From the NCBI GenBank assembly GCA_039925325.1, contig JBDSZD010000095.1:1-53892 (forward strand): a DNA stretch of 53,892 nt, read 5' to 3'. Below are positions 20,481-30,573 of this stretch, one piece after another (position 1 is the first letter of the stretch; every line of letters starts with the position of its first letter). The notes beneath the pieces are model-generated. The model saw only the letters and a list, made by a program, of their open reading frames with translations. It was not told the origin of the DNA and made no database searches. The DNA is from Sphingomicrobium sp. GTDB taxonomy: Bacteria > Pseudomonadota > Alphaproteobacteria > Sphingomonadales > Sphingomonadaceae. The translations under genes and the position numbers were made by a program.

Positions 20481-21734
20481 TCAAGCCGAGTCACGTAAAC
20501 CGGAACTGGCTTGCAAAGTTTCAAGCCACTCCTCCACCTGCCTGAAGTGTTCGTCCCAACGTGGTGGATGATAGCCTCGCATCGCGGCGATCTGCCGGTC
20601 GCGCTCCAAACTATCGGCCATGAATTCGACGATGACCTGTTCCCAAGCGCGCTCGTCCAGTGGCTGCAGGTAGGTTGGGATATCGCCCAATATTTCTCGG
20701 TAGACCGGCAAGTCGCTGACAATGACCGGAGTTCCGAGCTGTAGGGCTTCGATCACTGGCAAGCCAAACCCCTCCGCGAGTGACGGCATTAGCACGGCTC
20801 GAGCGCCGGCAATCCAGCTTGCAAGTTCTCCGTCATCGCAGCTGCCGAACTCCAAGACGTGACTTCGCAGCTCCTGGAGATCGTCAAGCAGTGCCGTCAC
20901 TGGCTCGGCCTTCCAGCCCCGCTGGCCGATGATCACCAAGATAGGGGCCGCATCGCCCATGGCTTGGACCAAGCGGTTCCAGACGTTCAGCAGGAGAAGA
21001 TGGTTTTTCCGCCCCTCAATCGTTCCGATGGTCAGGAAGAAGGGCCTCGGAAGCGATTGACGCTCTGCCCTGGCCGGCGGTTGATGACCACTGATCCATG
21101 CGGCCACGCGGGGCGGCATGTACACGCCGCGCTCTGCGGCAAACCCAGCAAGATCCTCGATCGTGGTTTTTGAATTACCAATCACGCCAAATGCGCTTGC
21201 AAGGACATTGTCGAGGCGCTGCTTATGCCTGTCCGCTTCGCCAAGGCGGCAAAATTCAGGGTGGGTTAGCGGAATGAGGTCGTGAATGAAGTAGATTGCA
21301 CGGACCCGATTGCGAGCGATCCATGCCGGAAGCGTCGGCTCGTCGAGGCCCGTATGTCCGACGTTGAAATATAGCATATCTTGTCGAGGCACCGAACGCC
21401 GAGCACTGGGCAGGGCTTTGACTACAAAGGCCAGCAATGCCAGCCGGGACGTCGAATGACCATTGAGCAGAAGGCCGAACAGTTGCTCGGAGCGCCTCGA
21501 AGAAAGCAACCACAGATGGCCCCGCCTCTGCACCACCGCTAGGGCGCGCGGCCCGAAATGCTCGATATATGCTAGACATACCCGGTCGACACCGGTCGGC
21601 AGCCGACCACTCCATATCCGCCAGATCAGGCGAGATACGTCGATCAGGAACCGGCTGCCTGGCGGATACGTCCTGGCAGCAGCCGGTGCCCGAGTGTCCG
21701 CTGAAAGGTTCAACGGCTGACGCTTCCGCGACAC
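20481..21734 (-). CDS. Glycosyltransferase family 4 (WcbB-like)
   Basis: DVSRL...PTGVDRV, HDLIPLTHPEF, GTIEGRKNH, PSLAEGFGLPVIEA (EX7E motif). Confidence 0.9.
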   Translation of the reverse strand: MSRKRQPLNLSADTRAPAAARTYPPGSRFLIDVSRLIWRIWSGRLPTGVDRVCLAYIEHFGPRALAVVQRRGHLWLLSSRRSEQLFGLLLNGHSTSRLALLAFVVKALPSARRSVPRQDMLYFNVGHTGLDEPTLPAWIARNRVRAIYFIHDLIPLTHPEFCRLGEADRHKQRLDNVLASAFGVIGNSKTTIEDLAGFAAERGVYMPPRVAAWISGHQPPARAERQSLPRPFFLTIGTIEGRKNHLLLLNVWNRLVQAMGDAAPILVIIGQRGWKAEPVTALLDDLQELRSHVLEFGSCDDGELASWIAGARAVLMPSLAEGFGLPVIEALQLGTPVIVSDLPVYREILGDIPTYLQPLDERAWEQVIVEFMADSLERDRQIAAMRGYHPPRWDEHFRQVEEWLETLQASSGLRDSA

Positions 21735-21737
21735 GCT

Positions 21738-23246
21738 CTAGCGCGTCAGACCATTGGCATGGGACTGCGCATTGCCGAAGCCTCTGGCCTGAAAGCCCAC
21801 GATCTGCAGCGCACTTCCGCCACTATTCAGAATACCATATTCATAGGTGTTAGGGTTCTCGATGTTGGCGACAGCAACATCCGTGATTTGGGTATCATGA
21901 GGCGTCGCCCGAGCATCTTCAGTTCCGCTGGAACCTTCGTCCAAGCGTATCCCTGCGCGATTTCCAGCGGGCCAAGGTATGAGCGTTCTGGGACCGGCTC
22001 GCACAGTTCCAACCTCGTAGATCGTGGCTTCGGCGAGGCGGGTACCGCTCACTGGACCGGCTATAACCACCCCTGCGAGACCCGCATTTCTAACCCGGAG
22101 CCGGCGAATGCGGGTTCCTCGGAGCCGGTACCCGAGCTTGAGTCCGAAAGCGAATGCATCCGTGATGCTAAGGTCGTTGATGACGAGCCCGTCGATACCG
22201 CTGCCCGTGGCGACCACGTCCATCCCTTCCCACGTGGAATCGATCCGAGCGCCGTCAATGACCACGTCGGAGGAGGATTGACCGATGTCGAGGCCGTCCG
22301 CCTGCCACGGTATATCGCCGGTGTCGAAGCGGGCCATGCAGCGGGACACCCGAATATTTTCGATCCTTACGTGCTGGACGTTAGCGAGAAAGGCGCAGGT
22401 GAGCTGCTCCTGGATGCGGACACCGTAGAATTTCGTGCTTTTGACTCCATCCTCGCCGTTCGCTCTGAATTCCTGGATGGGCACACTGTTCCAGCCCACT
22501 TTGGCGACCTCCGCCTCCCTTAGCGGCGCATCGCCGCGATAAGGTGACCATACCATGTCCTCGAGCGAAAGGTTCTTCAGGCTCACATTGCGGGAATGCA
22601 TCAACAGCAGGCCGTAACCCTTACCGTTACCAGTGATTTTGACATCGTTGAAATCGACCCGATCCGCGCCCTCCAGCCAGATGCCGGCGGAATCAGTTCT
22701 GGAGCCGCCATGTGTGTACGGCCCGCGGTGCACCGTTACATGATCGAGATTGACCCGGATCCGCTCACGTTCGGTATTCGGGCGGATCAACAAAGTCCTG
22801 ACTGCCAGCGAAACCCAAAGACGTTGCTGCTGACCGACTGAAATCGCAGGGTTGCCGCAGTCGATGACCGCAGCAGTATCCTCGGTAGCAAGGCATTGGC
22901 GCGAGATGTAGGGTGTGGTGTCTGCTGGAACGAGCGCTTGGACGAGGGTTGCATTGCGAAGGCACAGGCTCCGCGCGACGCGCAAAGTGCCGGTCACGCG
23001 ATAGGTTCCTCCCTCGCCGTCAAGGCATTGCTTGTCCGATTGATCTAGCGCTCGCGCCAGCGCAACCGTGTCGTCGCTTCGCCCATCTCCTACCGCCCCG
23101 AAGGACCGCAGGCTGCGAGTCTCCGGCGGCGCGAAGATCTGGCCCGCGGCATTCCCAGCGGTTTGCTGCGCTCTGCAGCCGGCTACCAGCACACCCTGGG
23201 TGCTGGCTAAGAGTACCACCAAAAGGGAACCATTGATCAATCGCAC
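21738..23246 (-). CDS. Right-handed parallel beta-helix protein (pectate_lyase_3-like), probable lipoprotein glycanase
   Basis: GTG 23246 behind GGAGG gives MRLINGSLLVVLLASTQGVLVAG-C (lipobox-like). Cap motif FGAVGDGRSDDTVAL..AL, then Asn/Gly/Val/Ile-rich beta-helix coils. Confidence 0.75.
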   Translation of the reverse strand: MRLINGSLLVVLLASTQGVLVAGCRAQQTAGNAAGQIFAPPETRSLRSFGAVGDGRSDDTVALARALDQSDKQCLDGEGGTYRVTGTLRVARSLCLRNATLVQALVPADTTPYISRQCLATEDTAAVIDCGNPAISVGQQQRLWVSLAVRTLLIRPNTERERIRVNLDHVTVHRGPYTHGGSRTDSAGIWLEGADRVDFNDVKITGNGKGYGLLLMHSRNVSLKNLSLEDMVWSPYRGDAPLREAEVAKVGWNSVPIQEFRANGEDGVKSTKFYGVRIQEQLTCAFLANVQHVRIENIRVSRCMARFDTGDIPWQADGLDIGQSSSDVVIDGARIDSTWEGMDVVATGSGIDGLVINDLSITDAFAFGLKLGYRLRGTRIRRLRVRNAGLAGVVIAGPVSGTRLAEATIYEVGTVRAGPRTLIPWPAGNRAGIRLDEGSSGTEDARATPHDTQITDVAVANIENPNTYEYGILNSGGSALQIVGFQARGFGNAQSHANGLTR

Positions 23247-23328
23247 AACCGACTTCCTCCGTGATCCGACACGAGCTGACCAACGAACTTCATGCACTCG
23301 CTTCGAGTGGTCGGGCGGCAACGTGGCG

Positions 23329-24567
23329 TCAGGGAACTGCCTGACCAAGACCGATCACAGTGAATGCCATAGACGAAACGATGCTTACGAATTTCTGCAG
23401 ATCGGTAAGCGGAGCACTGGAAACATAGACGACGTCCTTGTTCCGGATCGGGAAATTCTGCGCGACAAAAAATGTCGCGGGATTGCTGAGATCGACCCGG
23501 TAGATCACCGGGACGCGGCCGCCCGGGGTCAGGCGCGCAGTTGCGGCAATGCCCGGATCGATCGCTGCTGGATCCTCGAGCCGAAAGATAAATACGCCGC
23601 GGACGTTCGCGCGATCGTCCTTCATGCCGCCGATCCGCCCGAGAGATTGGGCAAGGGTGATACCCGTGCTCTCGAAGGGGATTTCCGCACTGGCACTACC
23701 CGTCGCTCCAAGCGCTGTGAAGCTAAAGGGCTGATATAGCACCGAGACTACATCACCCGTCTGCAAACGGATATTCTGGCTCGAATCCATGATGACGCGC
23801 TCGAGCGGCACGGCGACAACGCGGCCCTCACGCGTCATTCGCACGGTTATCTTGTCTAGCGGTTGCTTGGCTCCGCCGGCTGCAGCGATTGCGTCCATCA
23901 GGCGCTCTCCGCGCGGAGTGATTTGGACCGGCCCGTTCGTCGCGACTTCGCCAACAACGGTCACGTTGGCATTCGCATTCCGGACTGGGCGAACAATCAC
24001 TTGCGGTTGATGAGCCTTGCCGTTCAGTCGGCCAACAATATCTCGGGCCACCTGCTGAGGCGTGCGTCCGGCAGCCAGAACCGACCCCGCGAATGGAATC
24101 GAGATGCGGCCGTCGCCGTCCACCATCATTTCAGGCAGCGCGGTCCGCTGCGACGTAGTGGAGGACGTCGTCAAAGTAGAACCGGCATCGCGCGCACCGA
24201 ATGTGGCGTTGCTCCCGAACAGGACGGCTGGCGGTGCTTCCCAGATCGTGACTTCAAGCGAGTCGCCACGACCGATGATCGAGCCGATGGCAGGAGCGTC
24301 GCCGAATGCTTCCGAGAAGAGCGGAGATCGATTGACTGCCAGCGCTTGCTGCGTAACGGCGTCGGTGACGTCAATCACTTTAATGTCCGCGGTACCGATG
24401 CTGCTGTTGGCGGCACCCCTGATCGCCTTGCTGCTGGGCCCGCTCGCACCGAGCGAGGAACAAGCAGCGAGGGATAATAAAACAAGGCATGCGGCGAGCT
24501 GTCGAAGACGCCCGAACTCTCGCTGCCTGGCTTGCGATCCCAGGTTTCCCATGACTGCTCCGATCAT
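23329..24567 (-). CDS. Polysaccharide export outer-membrane lipoprotein (OPX; BexD/CtrA/WcbC type)
   Basis: Lipobox LAAC, then SGPS, IGRGDSLEVTIWEAPPAVLF, DGRISIPFAG, GVFIFR, PVIYRVDL, KDVVYVS. Confidence 0.92.
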   Translation of the reverse strand: MIGAVMGNLGSQARQREFGRLRQLAACLVLLSLAACSSLGASGPSSKAIRGAANSSIGTADIKVIDVTDAVTQQALAVNRSPLFSEAFGDAPAIGSIIGRGDSLEVTIWEAPPAVLFGSNATFGARDAGSTLTTSSTTSQRTALPEMMVDGDGRISIPFAGSVLAAGRTPQQVARDIVGRLNGKAHQPQVIVRPVRNANANVTVVGEVATNGPVQITPRGERLMDAIAAAGGAKQPLDKITVRMTREGRVVAVPLERVIMDSSQNIRLQTGDVVSVLYQPFSFTALGATGSASAEIPFESTGITLAQSLGRIGGMKDDRANVRGVFIFRLEDPAAIDPGIAATARLTPGGRVPVIYRVDLSNPATFFVAQNFPIRNKDVVYVSSAPLTDLQKFVSIVSSMAFTVIGLGQAVP

Positions 24568-24785
24568 TGATTTTCCACGTCTCTAGTGATCTTCCGCCGG
24601 TTGCTCAATAATGAACAACTTCGCCCAAAATCGATTGGCAGCAGCACTTGAAGAACATTCACGGGTGGTTCAGCACCGCAGTAGAAGGACGCCGCGACTG
24701 CTGCCCTGACCATTGCACTAACCGAAAAATTCGCTCATTTGCGCCACGCCAGCCGCAGCCGTAAGATCGGGGATCAGCCAAAAAG

Positions 24786-25895
24786 ATGTTCAAAACATCG
24801 ACATTGAAGTTGCGTGTCAAGGATGGGCTGTTCTTGATCGTCGTGGTCCTGCCGACGCTACTGGCAGTCTTCTATTTCGGATTTTTCGCCTCTGACGTCT
24901 ACGTGTCGGAATCCAAGTTCGTTGTGCGCAGCCCCGAGAAGCCGGCCGCCTCAGGTCTTGGCGTCATCCTGCAGTCCGCCGGCTTCACTAACGCAGGCGA
25001 CGAAGTATTCGCCGCTCAATCCTATGCCGTTTCTCGCGATGCGTTGCGGGCAATCAACCGAAACGACGCGCTCAAGACCGCTTTCACGCGTCCCCATATT
25101 TCGTTAATCGACCGCTTCAATCCATTCGGATTGGGCGGGTCGTTTGAGCATCTCTACAAATATTTCCAGCGCAAGGTGCAGCTACAGAACGATAGTACGA
25201 CATCGATCACCACGCTGACCTTTCGTGCCTACAACCCTGAGGACGCCCGCAAATTCAATGAGCAGCTGCTGCAATTGTCGGAAGCGACAGTCAACCGCCT
25301 GAACCAGCGCGGCCGGTTGGATCAGGTGCGTAACGCCGAAAATGAAGTGGCAAACGCACGCAACTTGGCGCAATCGTCCGCCGTCGCTCTTGCCGAACTC
25401 CGCAACCGGTCTGGTATCTTGGACCCCGAAAAGCAGGCCGCGATCCAGATGCAGATGATCTCCAAGCTTCAGGATGCGTTGATTGCTGCGCGCGGCGAGC
25501 TTTCCCAATTGGTGCGCTACACGCCCGACAATCCGCGTGTTCCCGTCCTTCGAACTCAGATCGCGACGATCCAGGGGGAGATCGACAGGGAACTCGGCAA
25601 GGTTGCCGGCAATCGGGGTTCGCTTGCGGCAAGCGCGGTGCGCTTCCAACGGGTCACCCTGCAAAGCCAGTTCGCCGAAAAGCAATTGGGCGCGGCGCTA
25701 ACCTCGCTTGAAGAAGCACGTCGCGAATCTCGACAGAAGCAGGCATATCTCGAGCGCATCGTGCAACCCAATCTGCCAGACGCGCCGCTCGAACCGCGCC
25801 GCTTGCGAGGAATCCTAGCGACGCTTGCGTTGGCTTTCGTCGCCTATGGCATTTTGCGCATGCTCCTTGCCGGCGTGAAAGAGCATGGTCAGTAA
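24786..25895 (+). CDS. kpsE: Capsule export inner-membrane protein KpsE (BexC/CtrB/WcbD)
   Basis: N- and C-terminal TM helices; VVLPTLLAVFYFG..ASDVYVSESKFVVRSP; coiled-coil periplasmic part; YLERIVQPNLPD..EPRR. Confidence 0.92.
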   Translation: MFKTSTLKLRVKDGLFLIVVVLPTLLAVFYFGFFASDVYVSESKFVVRSPEKPAASGLGVILQSAGFTNAGDEVFAAQSYAVSRDALRAINRNDALKTAFTRPHISLIDRFNPFGLGGSFEHLYKYFQRKVQLQNDSTTSITTLTFRAYNPEDARKFNEQLLQLSEATVNRLNQRGRLDQVRNAENEVANARNLAQSSAVALAELRNRSGILDPEKQAAIQMQMISKLQDALIAARGELSQLVRYTPDNPRVPVLRTQIATIQGEIDRELGKVAGNRGSLAASAVRFQRVTLQSQFAEKQLGAALTSLEEARRESRQKQAYLERIVQPNLPDAPLEPRRLRGILATLALAFVAYGILRMLLAGVKEHGQ

Positions 25896-26700
25896 CGAAC
25901 CTTATCCGCCAAGCGGGCAGTTGCTTCGCCAGTCCCCGTGGGAAGTCAATCGCCGGGTGATCGGTGCTCTCGTCCTGCGCGAGATGCTGACGCGCTATGG
26001 TCGCAACAATCTTGGGTTCTTGTGGCTTTTTTTAGAGCCTATGTTGTTCGTGACCATCGTTACATTAATTTGGGTCGCAACGCGCACCGTTCACGGATCT
26101 AACATTCCAATCGTGGCCTTCGCTCTGACGGGTTACTCCTCAATGCTCCTGTGGCGCGGAATGCCCGGACGTTGCATTGGGGCCCTCAAATCAAACATGC
26201 CACTCCTCTTCCACCGCCAAGTTACCATTCAGGACGTCTATTTCGCGCGCATCCTGCTTGAGTTCTTGGCCGTTACCACAGGCTTCGTCGCGCTAGGCAT
26301 CGGCTTTTACGCCATGGGCTGGCTCCCGGCTCCAGAAGACGTGCTGCAAGTTTGGTCGGCTTGGATGCTGCTCGGATGGTTCGGCGCTGCCCTCGGGCTT
26401 ATGATTGGCGGGGTGTCCGAGAAAATTCCGGTTCTCGGAAATCTTTGGCCCCCTTTCTCTTATATTCTGATCGTCTTTTCTGGTGTTGCTTACCTGGCTG
26501 ATACTCTTCCGCCTGCGGCCCGCGAGATCGTGCTGTGGCTGCCGATGCTGAACGCTCTCGAGTATCTCCGGGAAGGATGGTTTGGATCGCTCTTCCGCGC
26601 TCATTATGACATTTCGTACGTCGTTGTGTTCAATGTCGTCATGACCCTCGCCGGACTGAGTTTAGCGCGCCAGGTCGGTGTCAGTGCGGGTGAAGAATGA
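25885..26700 (+). CDS. kpsM: Capsule ABC transporter permease KpsM (BexB/Wzm)
   Basis: RVIGALVLREMLTRYGRNNLGFLWLFLEP; about six TM segments. Confidence 0.93.
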   Translation: MVSNEPYPPSGQLLRQSPWEVNRRVIGALVLREMLTRYGRNNLGFLWLFLEPMLFVTIVTLIWVATRTVHGSNIPIVAFALTGYSSMLLWRGMPGRCIGALKSNMPLLFHRQVTIQDVYFARILLEFLAVTTGFVALGIGFYAMGWLPAPEDVLQVWSAWMLLGWFGAALGLMIGGVSEKIPVLGNLWPPFSYILIVFSGVAYLADTLPPAAREIVLWLPMLNALEYLREGWFGSLFRAHYDISYVVVFNVVMTLAGLSLARQVGVSAGEE

Positions 26701-27392
26701 TCCGCCTCACGAACGTCTGCAAAGATTATGAGACTGTTGCGGGTCCAAGACGTATCCTGGATAACGTCAGTGTGATCATCAATCCTAGCGAGCGGGTCGG
26801 AATTCTCGGCCGCAACGGTGCCGGCAAGTCGACCCTCGTGCGAGTGATCAGCGGAGCGGAATCACCCACTTCAGGGACAGTTGAGCGAAGCATGACGGTG
26901 TCTTGGCCGCTTGCTTTTACCGGCGGTTTTCATGGGGCGTTGACCGGATCGGACAATCTCCGATTTATTTGCCGCATCTACGGCGTGGATTTTGAACCGC
27001 GCCTGGATTTCGTGAAGGAATTTTCCGAGCTAGGTTTGTACCTGTACGAGCCGGTGGCGAATTACTCCTCTGGAATGCGCGCGCGACTGGCATTTGCGGT
27101 GTCGATGACCATCGATTTTGACTGTTACCTGATCGATGAGGTCATGGCCGTTGGGGATGAGCGTTTTCGGGAACGTTGCCGGATCGAACTTTTCGAAAAG
27201 CGCGCCGACAAGGCAATGCTCATCGTGTCCCACAGCCACCGCTATCTCAAGGGCAATTGCCACAGATTTCTTCTGTTCAAGGACGGCGCCATCGAGGAGC
27301 ATGACGACTTTGATGAAGTTTACTTTCGTTACAAGGAGTTGCTCGGAGAAACTTTCGAGAGCAAGGAACAAATGGTCCGCGAAATGCAATAG
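26697..27392 (+). CDS. kpsT: Capsule ABC transporter ATPase KpsT (BexA/Wzt)
   Basis: Walker A GRNGAGKST, signature YSSGMRARLAF, Walker B YLIDE, VSH. No C-terminal extension. Confidence 0.95.
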   Translation: MIRLTNVCKDYETVAGPRRILDNVSVIINPSERVGILGRNGAGKSTLVRVISGAESPTSGTVERSMTVSWPLAFTGGFHGALTGSDNLRFICRIYGVDFEPRLDFVKEFSELGLYLYEPVANYSSGMRARLAFAVSMTIDFDCYLIDEVMAVGDERFRERCRIELFEKRADKAMLIVSHSHRYLKGNCHRFLLFKDGAIEEHDDFDEVYFRYKELLGETFESKEQMVREMQ

Positions 27393-27406
27393 TCCGCAGG
27401 GCAGCT

Positions 27407-28351
27407 TTGCGGCAAATGATAGCTAGGGTTTACAGGATCGATATGGCTCTGATTGAACGACACCCAGACGTCGAAGACTATTTCTCGGAGATGACGCTGG
27501 ACGAGATCGAGGCACGCGGAGGCGTGGCCGACCTCATTGAGGATGGCCGGCTCGTTCTCATCAAGGATTTTCGCCTAGACTTCGATTTCGAAGTGCTGGA
27601 GCGGATCGAAAAGTCGTTAGAGGGCGTTTCGGACCCGGCGCTTCGGCACAAGCTTAAGAAGCTTGAAGCCCCGCATTTCTTAGAAGGTGAGCCGCCGATC
27701 GAGCGGAATGGTACCTTGCGCTTTCCGACACCGGTCCAGCAGGCGCTCTTCGATGTGATCTGTCACGGCGATAAAGCGCTGTTCGAGCGGACGCGCGACG
27801 CGCTCCGCTATTCGCACGAGAGGGCGATCAGCATCTTCGGGCTCGCATTTCCATCCTACGAGCCCTTCCGCCTGGTCGCCAGCCTTCGCCTGACGCGGAC
27901 GTTGTTCGAAAACCTGCACTGGGACGATCACTCGATCGACGACGATTTCCACCAGGCACGCGTTTTCGCCAACCTCGATACACGTCCCCGGATCTGGCAC
28001 GTCAGCCATCGTATCCCGGAGATGATGAGGCTCCTTTACATGGACCATGATCTCGGCCGGTTCGCCGGCCAAGATCCGAACAAGATGCTCTATTACATCA
28101 ATGGTGAGGTTCTCGGCGGGCTGCAGCAGAAATGGCGCGACACGGGGGTGCCCCGCCATCGCGTGGCATTCGATCCCGGTGAAGTGTGGCTCGGAGAGTC
28201 TCGCCTGATTTCACACCAAATCTACTATGGTGAAAGCGCGCTGGTCTACATGTGGTTCATGAAAGCCAAGTTCATGGCGGACTCCGACAAACGCTTCAAC
28301 ATCAGAGTCGAGCAGATCCACGAGGAAATGCGGCAACTGCATCACGCATAA
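27407..28351 (+). CDS. Kdo hydroxylase (KdoO)-like Fe(II)/2-oxoglutarate dioxygenase
   Basis: SLRL...NLHWDD (HxD), RVFANLD.RPRIWHV, FDPGEVW...ISH (distal His). Layout resembles KdoO (LHVD...RVFxNxN..PRVW...FPPGSxW...SH) as recalled. Confidence 0.65.
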   Translation: MRQMIARVYRIDMALIERHPDVEDYFSEMTLDEIEARGGVADLIEDGRLVLIKDFRLDFDFEVLERIEKSLEGVSDPALRHKLKKLEAPHFLEGEPPIERNGTLRFPTPVQQALFDVICHGDKALFERTRDALRYSHERAISIFGLAFPSYEPFRLVASLRLTRTLFENLHWDDHSIDDDFHQARVFANLDTRPRIWHVSHRIPEMMRLLYMDHDLGRFAGQDPNKMLYYINGEVLGGLQQKWRDTGVPRHRVAFDPGEVWLGESRLISHQIYYGESALVYMWFMKAKFMADSDKRFNIRVEQIHEEMRQLHHA

Positions 28352-28419
28352 CGAAGCGATGGGAAGCACAGCTACGTGGGCCTGCCCCGGCAGCCCGCTC
28401 AGTGCGACGCACCCGGCAG

Positions 28420-29439
28420 TCAGCGGCCGGGAAACCCGCCGGCCAGCAGCGATGCCGTGTCAATCGGGTTACCAGGAGTATACTCGGCGAACATGCGAGA
28501 GAAATATTCCTCGTAAAAATCATCCTTGTAAAAGATGTAGTTGAGGCCGCCTTCGCCGCGCTGTTGATAGCCCTTAATGTCATCAACGGTGAACTTGACG
28601 CTGCGGTGGAGACGCAATTGATCCCACGAGAACCGCCAACCCATGGCACTGATCCGATCGATTAGTTCAAGGTTTTTGGGATTGTCGAAATTGATTTCAA
28701 TCAGCACGGTCTTCAGCGACGGGATTCGAAGCGTCTCAAGCATCCCCGCGATGACCCGGTGCTCGAGCCCGTCGACATCGATCTTGACGTGGGCAGGCGC
28801 CGGCATTCCTTCGGCGATCAGAGTATCGATGCGGCGGCCAATGCATCCCTGCGGACGCCGGTTATCCTTGCTGACCGACCAGTCGGGAGCGAACTCCTTG
28901 TCCTCGGTCCAGCTATTCTCTTCGAAATCATGGTAAGAGATGCCGAGGCCGAAATCGCTAAGCAACAGCTTGTCGGTCTTGTCGACATCGCTCAGCGCTA
29001 CGCAATAAGCCAGCACTTGACCATGCAGGTCGTTTAGAAAGATGTTTTTGTTGAGCTCAGCGTAGTTGAGTGCCTCAGGTTCAAATGAGTAGACCTCGGC
29101 CCCACGCACGACCGCGGCATAGATGGTGTACATGCCGACATTCGCCCCGATGTCGAACATCACCTCGCCCTCGGCGAAGCTATCAATCCAAGCGAGCGTG
29201 ATCGGCTCTTTCGAGAACAGGTTGCTGACCCTCTTGACGCTGGCGCTGCCCGTCGTCGCGAAGCGCATCGCCTTCTCGCGATAGTCAATTTGAGCGTAAT
29301 CCAGATCGAGCCACTTGCTCTTCAGGTTTCCTTGGGTGACCTTCACTATTCCCTCTAACGCTCCACTGGCCGTTCCTACCACAGGGGCGGAAACGGGGGC
29401 TTTGCGCCGCAGATATCGGAGCAACCGGGAGGCGTCCAT
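28420..29439 (-). CDS. FkbM-family methyltransferase
   Basis: KEPITLAWID, FDIGANVGMY, FEPEALN, HVKIDVDGLE. ATG 29439 chosen (ORF open to 29481). Confidence 0.88.
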   Translation of the reverse strand: MDASRLLRYLRRKAPVSAPVVGTASGALEGIVKVTQGNLKSKWLDLDYAQIDYREKAMRFATTGSASVKRVSNLFSKEPITLAWIDSFAEGEVMFDIGANVGMYTIYAAVVRGAEVYSFEPEALNYAELNKNIFLNDLHGQVLAYCVALSDVDKTDKLLLSDFGLGISYHDFEENSWTEDKEFAPDWSVSKDNRRPQGCIGRRIDTLIAEGMPAPAHVKIDVDGLEHRVIAGMLETLRIPSLKTVLIEINFDNPKNLELIDRISAMGWRFSWDQLRLHRSVKFTVDDIKGYQQRGEGGLNYIFYKDDFYEEYFSRMFAEYTPGNPIDTASLLAGGFPGR

Positions 29440-29490
29440 AGGGTATTCCTCTGAGCAGAGCGTCATGGAGCTCCGTTCCAACAGGCCGGA

Positions 29491-30537
29491 TCAGGCCTTC
29501 CTGATTACGAAGTGAAAGTCTTTGTGATTAGGTGTGTGCTGCATGACATAGTCTTCATATCCCAGCTCTTTTACCGCGTAATCGAGTAGCAACTGGCAAT
29601 TCTGATTGTCATAGTAGTGGACATGGATCGACTCGTTGCGGTTCATCGCCTCGCGAACAATCTCATGTTCGGCGGGAAAGCGGAGGTGGCGGACATAATG
29701 CCTCTCCGTTGGGAGCCAGAACTCCTCCTCATACTCAACGCGCCACTCCTCCAGCGTGCTGTGCTCTTGGATTGAGTCCTTGGTGCCGGCGAGATCCGGA
29801 ACCACGCAAATGACCTTCCCGCCGGGTGCGAGCTTTTGCTGCCAACGCTTGAGGTGGCCGATCGGGTTTGCGAGATGCTCGAAAACGTGACTTCCAAAGA
29901 TGAAGTTTAGTGAATGATCGGGAACCGGAAGATTGGAAGCTTCACCGACAATATAGTTACTCCACAACTCCGGCCGGACAGGGTATTTACCTCCGCCATT
30001 ATACAGCCGGTTCCACTCTTCCGGCGGCATTTGCTCCACGTAGGAAACATCGACACTTTCGCTCGGAAGTATCTGCGGCTGCGGCCCGGGGCCGATTTCC
30101 ACGCCTTTGCCGATCGCCTGGGCGAACAGCCACTCTCGCGACAAAGCGCGGTGGTTAGCGACGAAGGCTGCCTTCTTGCTGTTCCCGACCACCTCGACCC
30201 GCAAGTCCAGTGGCCCGGTGAATGCATGCGGCCACGGCAGAAGCAGCGGCTGGAACGCGCCCGAAAAAAGTCGGGAAGAAAGTTCCTCGCGCGTGTCATG
30301 ACGAAGGAAGGACACCTTTACCGAGCAGTGGTCCGGCGCTTCGACCATCCAGCCGCAGGTTGAGGGGAACGCGCGGAAACTGACGAAACGTCGCACGTCA
30401 GGAATCATGAACGCCGCGCCTGGCATTAGGTCAAGCCCACGCCATGGCTCTCCGTTGCGGTTATGTTTGGCCAACGCCACGGCACCCTCAAGAACAAGGT
30501 TCCGGTCCTGCCGATTCATCAAGAAAAAAAGGTTCAA
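29491..30537 (-). CDS. Class I SAM-dependent methyltransferase with N-terminal extra domain
   Basis: GVEIGPG, LNFIFGSHVFEHLANPIG...LAPGGKVICVVPD. Confidence 0.8.
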   Translation of the reverse strand: MNLFFLMNRQDRNLVLEGAVALAKHNRNGEPWRGLDLMPGAAFMIPDVRRFVSFRAFPSTCGWMVEAPDHCSVKVSFLRHDTREELSSRLFSGAFQPLLLPWPHAFTGPLDLRVEVVGNSKKAAFVANHRALSREWLFAQAIGKGVEIGPGPQPQILPSESVDVSYVEQMPPEEWNRLYNGGGKYPVRPELWSNYIVGEASNLPVPDHSLNFIFGSHVFEHLANPIGHLKRWQQKLAPGGKVICVVPDLAGTKDSIQEHSTLEEWRVEYEEEFWLPTERHYVRHLRFPAEHEIVREAMNRNESIHVHYYDNQNCQLLLDYAVKELGYEDYVMQHTPNHKDFHFVIRKA

Positions 30538-30573
30538 GGAAAGTTCCTAGGATCCCTGGTGGGAAACGGCACG

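Noticed and set aside
21759-22523. 254-aa plus-strand ORF
   Set aside because: Fully antisense to the beta-helix gene; no motifs.
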